64,000 nucleotides of DNA from Treponema sp. (GTDB taxonomy: Bacteria > Spirochaetota > Spirochaetia > Treponematales > Treponemataceae), in the NCBI RefSeq assembly GCF_018384055.1, contig NZ_JAHAZL010000056.1; one strand, given 5' to 3'. Below, one piece after another: positions 40,184 to 49,855 of this stretch (position 1 is the stretch's first letter; every line of letters begins with the position of its first letter). The translations under genes and the position numbers were made by a program. The notes below the pieces were generated by a model. The model did no database searches, was not told the origin of the DNA, and worked only from the letters and a program-made list of their open reading frames with translations.

Positions 40184-41362
40184 TTGAAATCACTTTCACT
40201 TGTTCTTGCTGCTGCAGGTTCATCCACAAGGATGGGCCTTGGCAAAAAAAAAGAATATCTTGAAATGGCAGGCGGTACAGTTCTTTCTTGTGCCGCCCGC
40301 ATTTTTTTAGAAGCAGCAGATTTTTCAACAGTAATAATTGCCATCCCACAAAACGGCCAGGAACAAGCAAAAAAAGCTTTTTTTGCAGACCCAGAAATTA
40401 AAAAACTTGTTCAGGGTAAAAATATACTTTTCATCGAAGGTGGAAATACAAGGCAATCCTCCGTTTACAGGGCTATAAAGGCAATACCAGAAAAAGATTC
40501 CATCGTCCTTATACATGATGCGGCACGCCCTTTTGTTTCAAAGGAAATCATTCATAATGTAATCAAGGCATCCGATGAACACGGTGCGGCTGCACCAGGA
40601 ATTCCTCCCGTAGATACACAGAAAGAGATATCAACTGACGGAACTATCAAGAGGCACCTTATAAGGAAAGAACTGTGCGCAATTCAGACTCCGCAGGCAT
40701 TTTCACTTAAGGAACTTTTGGAGTGCCATAAAAAAGCATCAGAAATTGATTTTGAATACACAGATGATACGGAAATATGGGACAGCTATCCTGAAATCAC
40801 AGGCGGAAAAAAAGTATTTGTAGTTGAAGGAAGCAAGGACAATAAGAAAATCACCTTTGTCCAGGATATACCGGGAAAACAAATCATGACAAAAATTGGA
40901 ATAGGAACTGACCTACACCGTCTTGTTGAAGGAAGAAAACTTTTCCTTGGCGGAATCGAGATTCCGGCTGAAAAAGGCGAATACGGACATTCAGACGGAG
41001 ATGTTTTGCTCCATGCAATCAGCGATGCCCTTCTTGGTGCAGCAGGACTTGGCGACATCGGGTCATACTTTCCTCCTGAAGACCTTAAATGGAAGGACGC
41101 AGACTCAAAGGACCTGCTGAAAAAAATATGGATCGACATCCGCAACGAAGGTTGGCAACTTAACAACCTTGACTGCGTTGTAGAAACGGAAAAACCAAAA
41201 TTTCTTCCATGGCGCGACAAGGTAATCGAGTCCATTGCAAAAACCCTAGAAGTTTCAAAAGACCAGATTTTCGTAAAGGCAAAAACAAACGAAAAGCAGG
41301 ATTCTGTCGGAGCAGGCAACGCAATCAAAGCCTACTGTGTTTGTCTTCTTGAAAAACATTAA
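40184..41362 (+). CDS. ispDF: Bifunctional IspD/IspF
   Basis: AAAGSSTRMG, IHDAARP, QTPQ; then GIGTDLH, HSDGDVLLHA, GDIG, KAKT. Confidence 0.93.
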   Translation: MKSLSLVLAAAGSSTRMGLGKKKEYLEMAGGTVLSCAARIFLEAADFSTVIIAIPQNGQEQAKKAFFADPEIKKLVQGKNILFIEGGNTRQSSVYRAIKAIPEKDSIVLIHDAARPFVSKEIIHNVIKASDEHGAAAPGIPPVDTQKEISTDGTIKRHLIRKELCAIQTPQAFSLKELLECHKKASEIDFEYTDDTEIWDSYPEITGGKKVFVVEGSKDNKKITFVQDIPGKQIMTKIGIGTDLHRLVEGRKLFLGGIEIPAEKGEYGHSDGDVLLHAISDALLGAAGLGDIGSYFPPEDLKWKDADSKDLLKKIWIDIRNEGWQLNNLDCVVETEKPKFLPWRDKVIESIAKTLEVSKDQIFVKAKTNEKQDSVGAGNAIKAYCVCLLEKH

Positions 41363-41395
41363 AGTTACCAACAAAACCACATCCACCGACACCAA

Positions 41396-41433
41396 TAAAA
41401 AAACCTTGGAATGCCAAAGACACGCCAAGGTTT
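41396..41433. terminator. Hairpin between convergent ispDF and the coiled-coil gene
   Basis: AAACCTTGG...CCAAGGTTT with an A-tract on the left side. Confidence 0.6.
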
Positions 41434-41451
41434 GTCAGCATCTAAAAAATT

Positions 41452-44400
41452 CTATTCATCTGTTCCAACTTCAAGAATAAGCTGAACAATATTTTCTTCA
41501 ATGTTAAGGCTCTTTGCAATTTCTGCATTTGTCCATCCCTGTGCCTTAAGAGAAACAACGTTGCTTCTCACCTGTGGAGAAATGTAATTGCTTCCTGTCT
41601 TGCCCTTTTTACCAGCAGCACCCTTAGATGCAACTGCATGGAGAAGTTCAAGCTGCTTTTCACCATCTGTATAAAGTTTCTGAAGTCTCTCTTCAGTTGC
41701 AATGATTCCGTTCTTAGAATCATTGATTTCGTTGATGCGGGAATCAACTTCCATCATTATGTCTTTCAAAGAATTAACCTTGTCTACAGCCTCACTGATG
41801 ATTTCCCCATTCTTAAGGATGTCATCCATATCCTTCTTGAGTTTATCCATTTTCTCAGGAATGCCGGCAAACTCATTTGAGTAGTTACTCAAACGGTCTT
41901 CAAGAGCGGAAATATTCTCGAATGAATGATCAACGGCTTCTGCAACACGGTCAACTGTATCGCTCTTCTTTTCGATGCGGTCAAACTTGTTTTCCATGTC
42001 AGCCATTGCTTCAGTATACTTGCGGACATCAGACTGAATATTAATGAAGTCGTCGTTAATCTTCTGAATTTCAAGGATTTTTGCATCCATTCCGTTTGAA
42101 AGATTAATGAGGGTGTCAATCTTGTATTCAACGCTGTCAAGGCGAGATTTATCTGCACTGTAGGCATTAAGTTTCTGGTTTACATCATCGCTAAGATGTT
42201 CAAGCTGTCTGATCTGAGTTCCAAGATCATTGACCTTCGAATCAAAACTTCTGACAGAAGCAATCTTCTTTTCAAGTTCATCAATTGACTCATCCAACTG
42301 ACGCTTGAGAATGTCTGCCTTGTCAAAGACAGAAGTTTCAGAAACAAACTGGGCAATGCTTTTCTTGATGTCGTCAACCTTCATCTGAAGATTGTTTGTT
42401 TCATCATTAAGTCTGTCTGTTGCACCCTGATATGCCTGTCTGTATTCCTCTGCCCTTTCAGTAAAGTTCTTTTTAAGGTCTTTGATTTTAAGCTCGGCAT
42501 TTTTTGTCTGTTCTTCAGTATAACTCTTTACCTGATTGTAGAAAGTGTTGTACATGGTTTCAAAGTCATCAAGATGCTTTCTACTGTCACTGTCAAATGT
42601 ATTGAGAATATCTCCCGCCCTCTTTGCTGCAACAGAGAAATCAGTCTGAAGTTCCTGAATCTTCTGTTCGTTTGTATCAGCAAGAGTCTTCAATTGTTCT
42701 TCAATCTGCTGGTAATAATCGTCATACTGTCCCTTAAGACGACTTTTCCATTCAGAGAATTCCTGAACGGCAGCATCGATTGTAGCGGACTGAGTCTGCT
42801 GTTTTGAAGAAAGGATTTCCTTGAATTCAGTAATCTTTGATTCAAGTTCGCGCTCGGTCTTTTCAAGGCTTTCGTTCATGCGCTTTCTGTAATCGGCGGA
42901 TTCAGCCTTAAGTTCACCGTCAACACCTTCAATGGCCTTCTTGAATTCACCGCGATACTGTTCCATAAAGTCATGAATTTTCTGGTTAACGGAATTGATC
43001 TGTTCCTGAATTGTTGTTTGACCTGCAAGCAAAGCAGTCTGGAATTTCTTTTCCTGGTCCTGAGTCTTCTTCTGAAGGTCAAGAATGCGCTTTGAAAGTT
43101 CTTCTTCATACTGTCTTTCAAGGCCTGTTCTCTTTTCTTCATATTCAGCAGTAAAGTTCTGGAACTGAGCATCAAAAGTATTCTTCCATGAAGCAAGCTT
43201 GGTAGTAACATCATCTTCACGCTTTGCAATGTCTGCAAGGAAAGCATCTTCAAATACCTTGACCTTGTTGCTGAGTCTTGCTGCTGAATCCTTCTTGATT
43301 TCATCAAGGGATGTCTGAACTGTTTCAAGTTCAGCCTTGACCTTCGCAAATTTTGAACCGAGTTCAGTTTCAAACTCAGACTGAAGTCTTTCCTGCGTCT
43401 GAGTAAACTTTTCAAAATCTCCCACAACTTTCTTCTGACTCTGCTCCATAAGCTTTCTAAGGGCAGATTCAAGTTTGTCTACATCAGCACCAGCGGAATT
43501 AAGCTTCTTGAAGCGGTACTCCATTTCCCTCTTGTAAACACCCAAAGTGTTGTCAAGTTCAGCCAGGTACTTTGTCTGCTTTGCATCGCATTCAGCCGCA
43601 ATGTCACGGGAAGTACCGATGAGTTTTGCATCCATTTCGGCAAGACGAGAAGCAAGCTCTGCTGAGAAGCCGTCAAGCTTTTCCTTGTGGCTTGCAGTTT
43701 CAGTTTCAATTCTTTCAGCAACAATTCCTGACTGTTCCTGGATTGACTGGAACTTTTCCTGAATTTCATTTATTACAGATGAAATGTTTTCATTGTAATT
43801 TTTTGCCTGTTCATCAAGTTCACCGAGGGTAGACTTTACATCATTATGCATCTGGTCTACGCGATCTTGAACATCCCTCTTGTACTTATCCAGGTTGGCA
43901 GTACTAACTGCACTGAACTTTTCGTATGCAGCATTTTCTTCCTGTTCTGCCTTTTCAAGGATTGAATTGAACATGCCGTCATAGCGTTCCCTAAGTGTGT
44001 CAGACTGCTTGTCAACGGATTCCTGGAGGGCTGCAAGTTTTTCTGCATTTGCCTTTGCATCCATATTGACAGAATTAACGGCAGTTTTTGCACTTTCTAC
44101 TGCATCAGAAACCCTGTTCTGAACATCGGAAATTGTGTCGCGCATTTCAGAAACAAGCCTGTCTGCAGCTTCAGAGAACTGATCCTTTACATTATTGATT
44201 TCATTTTCTGCTTCCTGTTTAGCGGATGAAGTCTTTTCTAAAAGGCTAGTCTTGATTTCATCAACGAGTCTGATTGCATCAGACTTAACATTCTCAGCCC
44301 TTTCGTTGATTTCAGATTCAATAGCGCTTGCCTTTTCCGCGAGGGCATTGGCATTAGCTTCAATGAGTTCTTCAAGGGACTGACTCTTGTTTTCAAGGGC

Positions 44401-47016
44401 TTCCTTAAGGCTCTTTGTCTGGTCTTCAATTCTTGAAGTGTATTCGGAAGTAGTAAGTTTGTACTGCTCCATTGCACCGTGAGTCTGGTTTTCAACATTG
44501 TTGACAAGTTCTGCAAGTTTGCCTTCAATTTCACCAGTGCGTTCGCGAAGCTGGCGTTCAAGATTTTCAGTCCTTTCTGCAAGTTCCCTTCTAAGAACAT
44601 CAGTACGGTCTTCAATATCCTGAGTATAAGAAGATGTTGTCTCCCTGTATTTTTCAACAGCCTGTGCTGTCTGTTCCTTGACATCTTCTGTAAGGGCATT
44701 GAGTTTCTTTCTTACATCGTCTTCAAGGCTGTCAGTTCTGTTTTTGATTTCCGTAGAAATTGAAAGGGCACGGTTGTTGAGTTCTTCGAGCTTTTTGCGG
44801 ATCATGGTGTCAACTGCATCAGACTTGTCCGTCAAAGTTGTATTGAGGGTTGTGGTCCTCTGCTTGATTTCAGTTTCAATCTTTGAAATTGAATTTTCAA
44901 GGTTAGCATTTGCAGTTGAAGTCCTCTGTTTAAGTTTGTCTGCAAGTTCATCAAAATTCTTGTCGATGTCCTGGTCAACGGAAGCAATTTTCTGCTTGAG
45001 CTTTGCATCAAGATTTGCAGACTTGTCATTGAATAGGGAAATAAGTTTCTGAGCCTTTTCTTTCATTTCAGACTCAGCATCGTCCGTACTAGTTTCAAGG
45101 GCATCCTTAAGGCTCTTTGCCTTCAGGTCGTAAGAAGCTTCAAGTTCACGGTTCTTGTCGTCAAACATGTGTATGACGGAAGTAGAAGTATCATTAAACT
45201 TCTGGTTCATTTCCTGGATTCTGTCTTCATAAGTTTTTGAGATTTCCTTCAGGCGACCATCGATGGAAGCAACCATATCTCCGTATTTGTCTTCAAGTTC
45301 TTTTGAAAGGTTTTCAGTCTTCGAAACAAAATCATTTTCAAGAGCCTTTGTCTTGTCGTGGAAAAGAACATCAAGGGATTCTGTTTTCTGAGAAAGGGCT
45401 GCATCAAGTTCTTCTACACGGGCTGCAAGTTTTTCTTCAAAGTCGTTTGTATTGGTATCGATTGCAGTATTGATTTTTTCTGTTCTTTCGCGAACGGCAT
45501 TTTCAAAGGCGGCTGTCTTTTCTTCAAAGGCGGCAGAGCGTTCAGAGAAAACCCTGTCAAAATTATCTGTCTTGACAGTAAAGTCAGCCTTCATTGCATC
45601 AAACTTTGCAGAAAGAGTTCTTTCGAGGCTGTCTGCACGGTCGGTATATTCACTGTCAATCTGTGCGAGGCCAGAATTTAATTTTTCATTGAGGGCTTCT
45701 ATGCGTCCGTCGATTCTTTCTTCAATTCCTGCAGTGCTGTTTTCAAGGTTGCTCTTGAATTCCGCAATGGCAGAATTGCATTTTTCGCTGATTTCGTAAG
45801 TGTTGTTTTCAAGGTCGGAACGGATGTCTCCTATTTTTTCCGCAATTTCATTTGTAATGCTGTCGGTTGTTTCGTTTACGCGTGCAGCAATTTCATCGAT
45901 TTTGGAAGAAAGAGTTTCTTCAATGTTTCCGGTTCTTGAATCAACATCATTTTCAATGTCCGCAATCTTGAGTTCAATTTTGTTTCTGATGGAATCTGTT
46001 GATGCGTCAAGAATGGAATCAAAATTTTCAGAACGCTCCTTAAGGTCTGCTTCAAGAGAAGAGATTTTCTTTTCCCAGTTGTCGGAAAGAACGTTTGTAC
46101 GGGCATCTAACATCTGCTGCATATTTTCAGTTCTTTCCTTAAATTTATTTTCAATGCCTGAACTGTATTCCTTGAAAGAATCTGTAAGTTCCTTGGACTT
46201 AACATTGAGGGCCTTCTGAGTTTCCTCAATCTTGGAATCAATCATGGCCGTAATCTGCTTTGCCTGAGCATTAATTTCATTGAGGCATTCGTCAATTCTG
46301 TTCTGAGATTCCTGGCGAAGATTGCTGAAAGATTCATCTTCAAGTTTCTTTGCATTTTCTATGGCTGCAGAATAGGCATTGCGGATGTCATCTTCAATCT
46401 TTTTCATGATGGCTTCATTCTGCTTTCTTGCAGTTTCTGTTGTTCCTTCAACTTCCTGAGCCCTTTCTTCAAAAGCCTTAAGGAGATCTTCACCGATGGT
46501 CTTGAGCTGCTCTGCATTTTTTGCAGAGAACTGCTTTACGAGTTCCCCAACCTTAGATTCAAGGATTTCTGCAGATTTCTGCTGCTTGTTAAGGCGGGCA
46601 TTAACTTTGTCTATGAGGACTGCTTCATTCTTTACGGAGGCAAGATTCTGTTCAACGGCAGCAGTCATTTCCATAAGGTTCTTGATTACATTGTCATAAG
46701 ACTGAATTTTTGCCTGTATGTTTTCAACTGCCCTTACAGGATCTTCAAAACTTTCAGTTGTATCCTTGCATTCCCTGATCTGGTCTTCCATCCTGCTGAT
46801 GGCAGCTTCAGTTTCAATCTTCTTTGTTTCGAGATCGTTGATGATGAATTTCTGGGACTCTATCTGCTGGTTAAAGTAGTCGTCAAATTCCTTTCTTCTT
46901 GCATCAGCATATCTTTTGACTTTTTCCATCTGACTTTCATTTTTATCAAGCTGACGAACTACAATGGAAACAACCGCAGATAATATTACAGAGATAACAA
47001 TTCCAATGATAATCAC
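41452..47016 (-). CDS. Large membrane-anchored coiled-coil protein (SpiroCoCo-like) with C-terminal HTH-like domain
   Basis: 1854 aa; N-terminal TM then RQLDKN...EKVKRYAD; heptad-rich body; GWTNAEIAKSLNIEENIVQLILE end; GTG start. Confidence 0.8.
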   Translation of the reverse strand: MIIIGIVISVILSAVVSIVVRQLDKNESQMEKVKRYADARRKEFDDYFNQQIESQKFIINDLETKKIETEAAISRMEDQIRECKDTTESFEDPVRAVENIQAKIQSYDNVIKNLMEMTAAVEQNLASVKNEAVLIDKVNARLNKQQKSAEILESKVGELVKQFSAKNAEQLKTIGEDLLKAFEERAQEVEGTTETARKQNEAIMKKIEDDIRNAYSAAIENAKKLEDESFSNLRQESQNRIDECLNEINAQAKQITAMIDSKIEETQKALNVKSKELTDSFKEYSSGIENKFKERTENMQQMLDARTNVLSDNWEKKISSLEADLKERSENFDSILDASTDSIRNKIELKIADIENDVDSRTGNIEETLSSKIDEIAARVNETTDSITNEIAEKIGDIRSDLENNTYEISEKCNSAIAEFKSNLENSTAGIEERIDGRIEALNEKLNSGLAQIDSEYTDRADSLERTLSAKFDAMKADFTVKTDNFDRVFSERSAAFEEKTAAFENAVRERTEKINTAIDTNTNDFEEKLAARVEELDAALSQKTESLDVLFHDKTKALENDFVSKTENLSKELEDKYGDMVASIDGRLKEISKTYEDRIQEMNQKFNDTSTSVIHMFDDKNRELEASYDLKAKSLKDALETSTDDAESEMKEKAQKLISLFNDKSANLDAKLKQKIASVDQDIDKNFDELADKLKQRTSTANANLENSISKIETEIKQRTTTLNTTLTDKSDAVDTMIRKKLEELNNRALSISTEIKNRTDSLEDDVRKKLNALTEDVKEQTAQAVEKYRETTSSYTQDIEDRTDVLRRELAERTENLERQLRERTGEIEGKLAELVNNVENQTHGAMEQYKLTTSEYTSRIEDQTKSLKEALENKSQSLEELIEANANALAEKASAIESEINERAENVKSDAIRLVDEIKTSLLEKTSSAKQEAENEINNVKDQFSEAADRLVSEMRDTISDVQNRVSDAVESAKTAVNSVNMDAKANAEKLAALQESVDKQSDTLRERYDGMFNSILEKAEQEENAAYEKFSAVSTANLDKYKRDVQDRVDQMHNDVKSTLGELDEQAKNYNENISSVINEIQEKFQSIQEQSGIVAERIETETASHKEKLDGFSAELASRLAEMDAKLIGTSRDIAAECDAKQTKYLAELDNTLGVYKREMEYRFKKLNSAGADVDKLESALRKLMEQSQKKVVGDFEKFTQTQERLQSEFETELGSKFAKVKAELETVQTSLDEIKKDSAARLSNKVKVFEDAFLADIAKREDDVTTKLASWKNTFDAQFQNFTAEYEEKRTGLERQYEEELSKRILDLQKKTQDQEKKFQTALLAGQTTIQEQINSVNQKIHDFMEQYRGEFKKAIEGVDGELKAESADYRKRMNESLEKTERELESKITEFKEILSSKQQTQSATIDAAVQEFSEWKSRLKGQYDDYYQQIEEQLKTLADTNEQKIQELQTDFSVAAKRAGDILNTFDSDSRKHLDDFETMYNTFYNQVKSYTEEQTKNAELKIKDLKKNFTERAEEYRQAYQGATDRLNDETNNLQMKVDDIKKSIAQFVSETSVFDKADILKRQLDESIDELEKKIASVRSFDSKVNDLGTQIRQLEHLSDDVNQKLNAYSADKSRLDSVEYKIDTLINLSNGMDAKILEIQKINDDFINIQSDVRKYTEAMADMENKFDRIEKKSDTVDRVAEAVDHSFENISALEDRLSNYSNEFAGIPEKMDKLKKDMDDILKNGEIISEAVDKVNSLKDIMMEVDSRINEINDSKNGIIATEERLQKLYTDGEKQLELLHAVASKGAAGKKGKTGSNYISPQVRSNVVSLKAQGWTNAEIAKSLNIEENIVQLILEVGTDE

Positions 47017-47063
47017 TTTTTAATCCCACCCAATTTGATTATTCTTTTTGTATTCTTGACTGT

Positions 47064-47735
47064 CTATTCTAGCACGATTTTCTGCAACTGACGATAATTT
47101 TTAAATGATATGTCAGCTTCAGGTAGCTTTATGTTGAACAGTTTCTTAAACCCCTTAAGAATGTATGCCGTCTTCATTCCAGCACCTTTTGCTCCAAGAA
47201 CATCATACTTTACACTGTTTCCAACATAAAGGATTTTATCTGCCGGAACCCCAAGCTTGCGCTCAAGTATTCCAAATGGATAAATCGAAGGCTTAAGGGC
47301 ACCAGATTCTTCAGAACCAATGCAGACATCGCAAAGATCGCGGATTCCCCATATATCCCCTTTTTGTTCCGGTGGAAAGTCCGACAATATTCCGATTTTA
47401 AGGCCTGCATCTTTCATCGCCTTAATGCATTCGTAAGCATGTGGATATGGCTTTACTTTCTTAAAGAATTTTTTTAGACCGTCATAGCAGATATCATTGA
47501 TGATTTCTTTTGCACGAGGACTTTTAATGGAAGACACTTCTGCAAGCATACGGGCCTGATACTCATAGAAATCCGCAAGAGGCGCAGTTCTATGCATTAT
47601 GTGCCTGGTCTTATTGAAGTGAATATAAAGCTTGAGGTTCTTGAGAACATGCAGCGGCATACGGATGAAAAGCTTCCACGAAGGATAAAGAGTTCCATCA
47701 ATGTCAAATGCTACTGCCCGTATATCCTTGTACAT
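47064..47735 (-). CDS. HAD-family hydrolase
   Basis: FDIDGTL, ILSD, KP, YVGNSVKYD motifs. Confidence 0.88.
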   Translation of the reverse strand: MYKDIRAVAFDIDGTLYPSWKLFIRMPLHVLKNLKLYIHFNKTRHIMHRTAPLADFYEYQARMLAEVSSIKSPRAKEIINDICYDGLKKFFKKVKPYPHAYECIKAMKDAGLKIGILSDFPPEQKGDIWGIRDLCDVCIGSEESGALKPSIYPFGILERKLGVPADKILYVGNSVKYDVLGAKGAGMKTAYILKGFKKLFNIKLPEADISFKNYRQLQKIVLE

Positions 47736-47766
47736 GCTCCTATTATAGTAGGAAATTCGCTAAATC

Positions 47767-48804
47767 TCAAGACTTTTGCTTGAGTTCCAGTTCAAGGCTG
47801 TAATTGAACATTGCCCTTGCATTTTTTCCCGAAGGTTCTTCAGAAAACTTCCAGTCCTTTATCTGCGCCTTTATTTCAGTCTGTATTTCGACAGGAATCA
47901 AAGAACCAGGACTTATCTGAATTTCCACAACAGGAACTGTACCGTCAGCCCTTACAGTAAAGGAAATGGTAACAGACCTTGTGGCATCAACCAGCATTGC
48001 ATTTTCTTCGGAAATGGATATGGACGGACTTTTAGGATACAGAAGCTGCCTTGCACTGCCGTCCGACATTTTCATTGAAACTACGCCATTGCTTCTAAAA
48101 GCCTGAAGGCTGGTTTTGCTCTTAACTCCATCGGTAACCGTTGATGAAAAAACGGTGTTCTTGATGTCGTCAAGGGCGCTTGCAGTAGAAGCCGAAACAG
48201 AATTGTCATCTGAACTCGAAGAAGAGGAACTTGAGGCCGAAGATCTCTGGGATCCTGAACTTGCAGAACTACCGCTCAATGAACTTTTTGGAACGGCCAC
48301 ATTTTTTGAAGATGGTGATTCCTTTGCCTGAACAGGCGAATTGTCGTCTGCAAAAAGGCTTTCGTCGAATTCAACATCCTTCTTTTTGACTGAATTATTC
48401 TCCGACATAAGCTCTTCAATGCTTTTCTTTATTTTAGGCTCTTCGAATTTCTGTCTGGAATTGTCCGAATTTGCCTTGTCTTGTACTGGTTCTGCCTTCT
48501 TTTGTGTATTTTCAATCCTTTTTTCAGCCGTTTTCACCTGCTTTTGGGATTCTTGCTTGTCTTCGTTCCTTTTTTCCAGCCTTTCAGAAGTTTCTTTCTG
48601 TGCTTTTACGGGTTCACCCTTTGGAGAAAATGCAATCTTTTCCTTTGCAACCGGAACACTATCAAGGCGAATTGAAAGCTCCTGATACTTAGAGTTGGAA
48701 TCAATCCTTATTACAAGGCAAAGAATGACAAGAAAGAGAAGAAATGCCGCAGTAACCTGAAGGGCAAAATGCCTGCCCTTTGCCTCAATTTCATTGAAAT
48801 TCAT
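47767..48804 (-). CDS. TonB/TolA-like energy transducer
   Basis: N-terminal TM, K/E/S-rich linker, C-terminal ISFTVRADGTV...WKF; follows exbB-exbD. Confidence 0.72.
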   Translation of the reverse strand: MNFNEIEAKGRHFALQVTAAFLLFLVILCLVIRIDSNSKYQELSIRLDSVPVAKEKIAFSPKGEPVKAQKETSERLEKRNEDKQESQKQVKTAEKRIENTQKKAEPVQDKANSDNSRQKFEEPKIKKSIEELMSENNSVKKKDVEFDESLFADDNSPVQAKESPSSKNVAVPKSSLSGSSASSGSQRSSASSSSSSSSDDNSVSASTASALDDIKNTVFSSTVTDGVKSKTSLQAFRSNGVVSMKMSDGSARQLLYPKSPSISISEENAMLVDATRSVTISFTVRADGTVPVVEIQISPGSLIPVEIQTEIKAQIKDWKFSEEPSGKNARAMFNYSLELELKQKS

Positions 48805-49217
48805 TTTTTTCCTGTAGTTCTGAGACTTACGGCACTGAAACCGCTATACCTTATGACATCAAAGAGAGCAACAATCTTGCCGTTTGCAACGCTTGAATCA
48901 GCCTGAATAGAAACGGGGAACTCATTTCGGGGTCTGTCCCCTGTGTCAAATTCCTTGAGGATTTTCTCAAGTTCCTTCATTGAAACCTTGTCTTCATTAC
49001 AGTAAAGGGTTCCGTCTTCCTTTGCAGTAATGGTAATGCTGCTTGTTTCAACCCCCCGGGATGTAGAACTTTCAGGAAGATTTACATTTATTGCAGGAAG
49101 AACAGAAAAAGTTGTAGAAACAAGAAAAAAAAGGATGAGCTGGAAAATAACATCCAGCATTGGAGAAAGGTCTACCCCCCCAACACTGCCTTTATTTCTT
49201 CTGCCTGAAATTTTCAT
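48801..49217 (-). CDS. exbD: Biopolymer transporter ExbD/TolR
   Basis: DLSPMLDVIFQLILFFLV (TM Asp), VNLP, IQADSSV. Confidence 0.92.
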   Translation of the reverse strand: MKISGRRNKGSVGGVDLSPMLDVIFQLILFFLVSTTFSVLPAINVNLPESSTSRGVETSSITITAKEDGTLYCNEDKVSMKELEKILKEFDTGDRPRNEFPVSIQADSSVANGKIVALFDVIRYSGFSAVSLRTTGKK

Positions 49218-49220
49218 TTA

Positions 49221-49832
49221 TCAAAGCTCCTTTCCTGTAAGGCGGAACACAACTCTGGTAACAGTAAGCTCCATTCTCTTGATGCTGTGGTTTACAAGGG
49301 AATTGAAATAGCTGTGGAAGATGATAGCAGGAATTGCAACAACAAGGCCTGCAACTGTAGTTACAAGGGCTTCACCGATGGAAGAAGCAAGCAATGCAGG
49401 ATCTCCCATGGTTCCGCCATTGCCAAGAACACCAAAAGCCTTGATGTTTCCAGTTACTGTACCCAAAAGTCCAAGAAGGGTCGCTACATTTGAAATTGTA
49501 CCGAGGGCAGAAAGGAGATGTTCAAAACGAGGGACAGCAAGATCCATCTTGGTCTGAACATATTCCTTAAGATCTTCCTCTTTAAGCCCCCTGCAATTGA
49601 TGGCATCCTTAACGACTGAGGCACAGGGAGTCCCTGCATTATTGCAGATGTTCTCTGCTACGGCATAGTTTCCGTTTCTAAGGGCCTGATCAATATCTTC
49701 GGAAAAAGTCTCTTCCCTTTTTTTTACAGTAAAGAAATAGTGAAGTCTTTCCGCAACAATAAAAACAACGAGCAAACCACAAGCAATAATCGGAATCATA
49801 AGTATTCCGCCGTTTTTCAATATCTGAAACAT
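49221..49832 (-). CDS. exbB: MotA/TolQ/ExbB proton channel
   Basis: LLGLLGTVTG, IGEALVTTVAGLVVAIPA. Confidence 0.92.
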   Translation of the reverse strand: MFQILKNGGILMIPIIACGLLVVFIVAERLHYFFTVKKREETFSEDIDQALRNGNYAVAENICNNAGTPCASVVKDAINCRGLKEEDLKEYVQTKMDLAVPRFEHLLSALGTISNVATLLGLLGTVTGNIKAFGVLGNGGTMGDPALLASSIGEALVTTVAGLVVAIPAIIFHSYFNSLVNHSIKRMELTVTRVVFRLTGKEL

Positions 49833-49855
49833 AAAAACCTCTTTGTAGCTACTCT

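Noticed and set aside
41452..47016. SMC/Rad50 ATPase or phage tape-measure protein
   Set aside because: No Walker motifs or hinge, and no phage genes nearby
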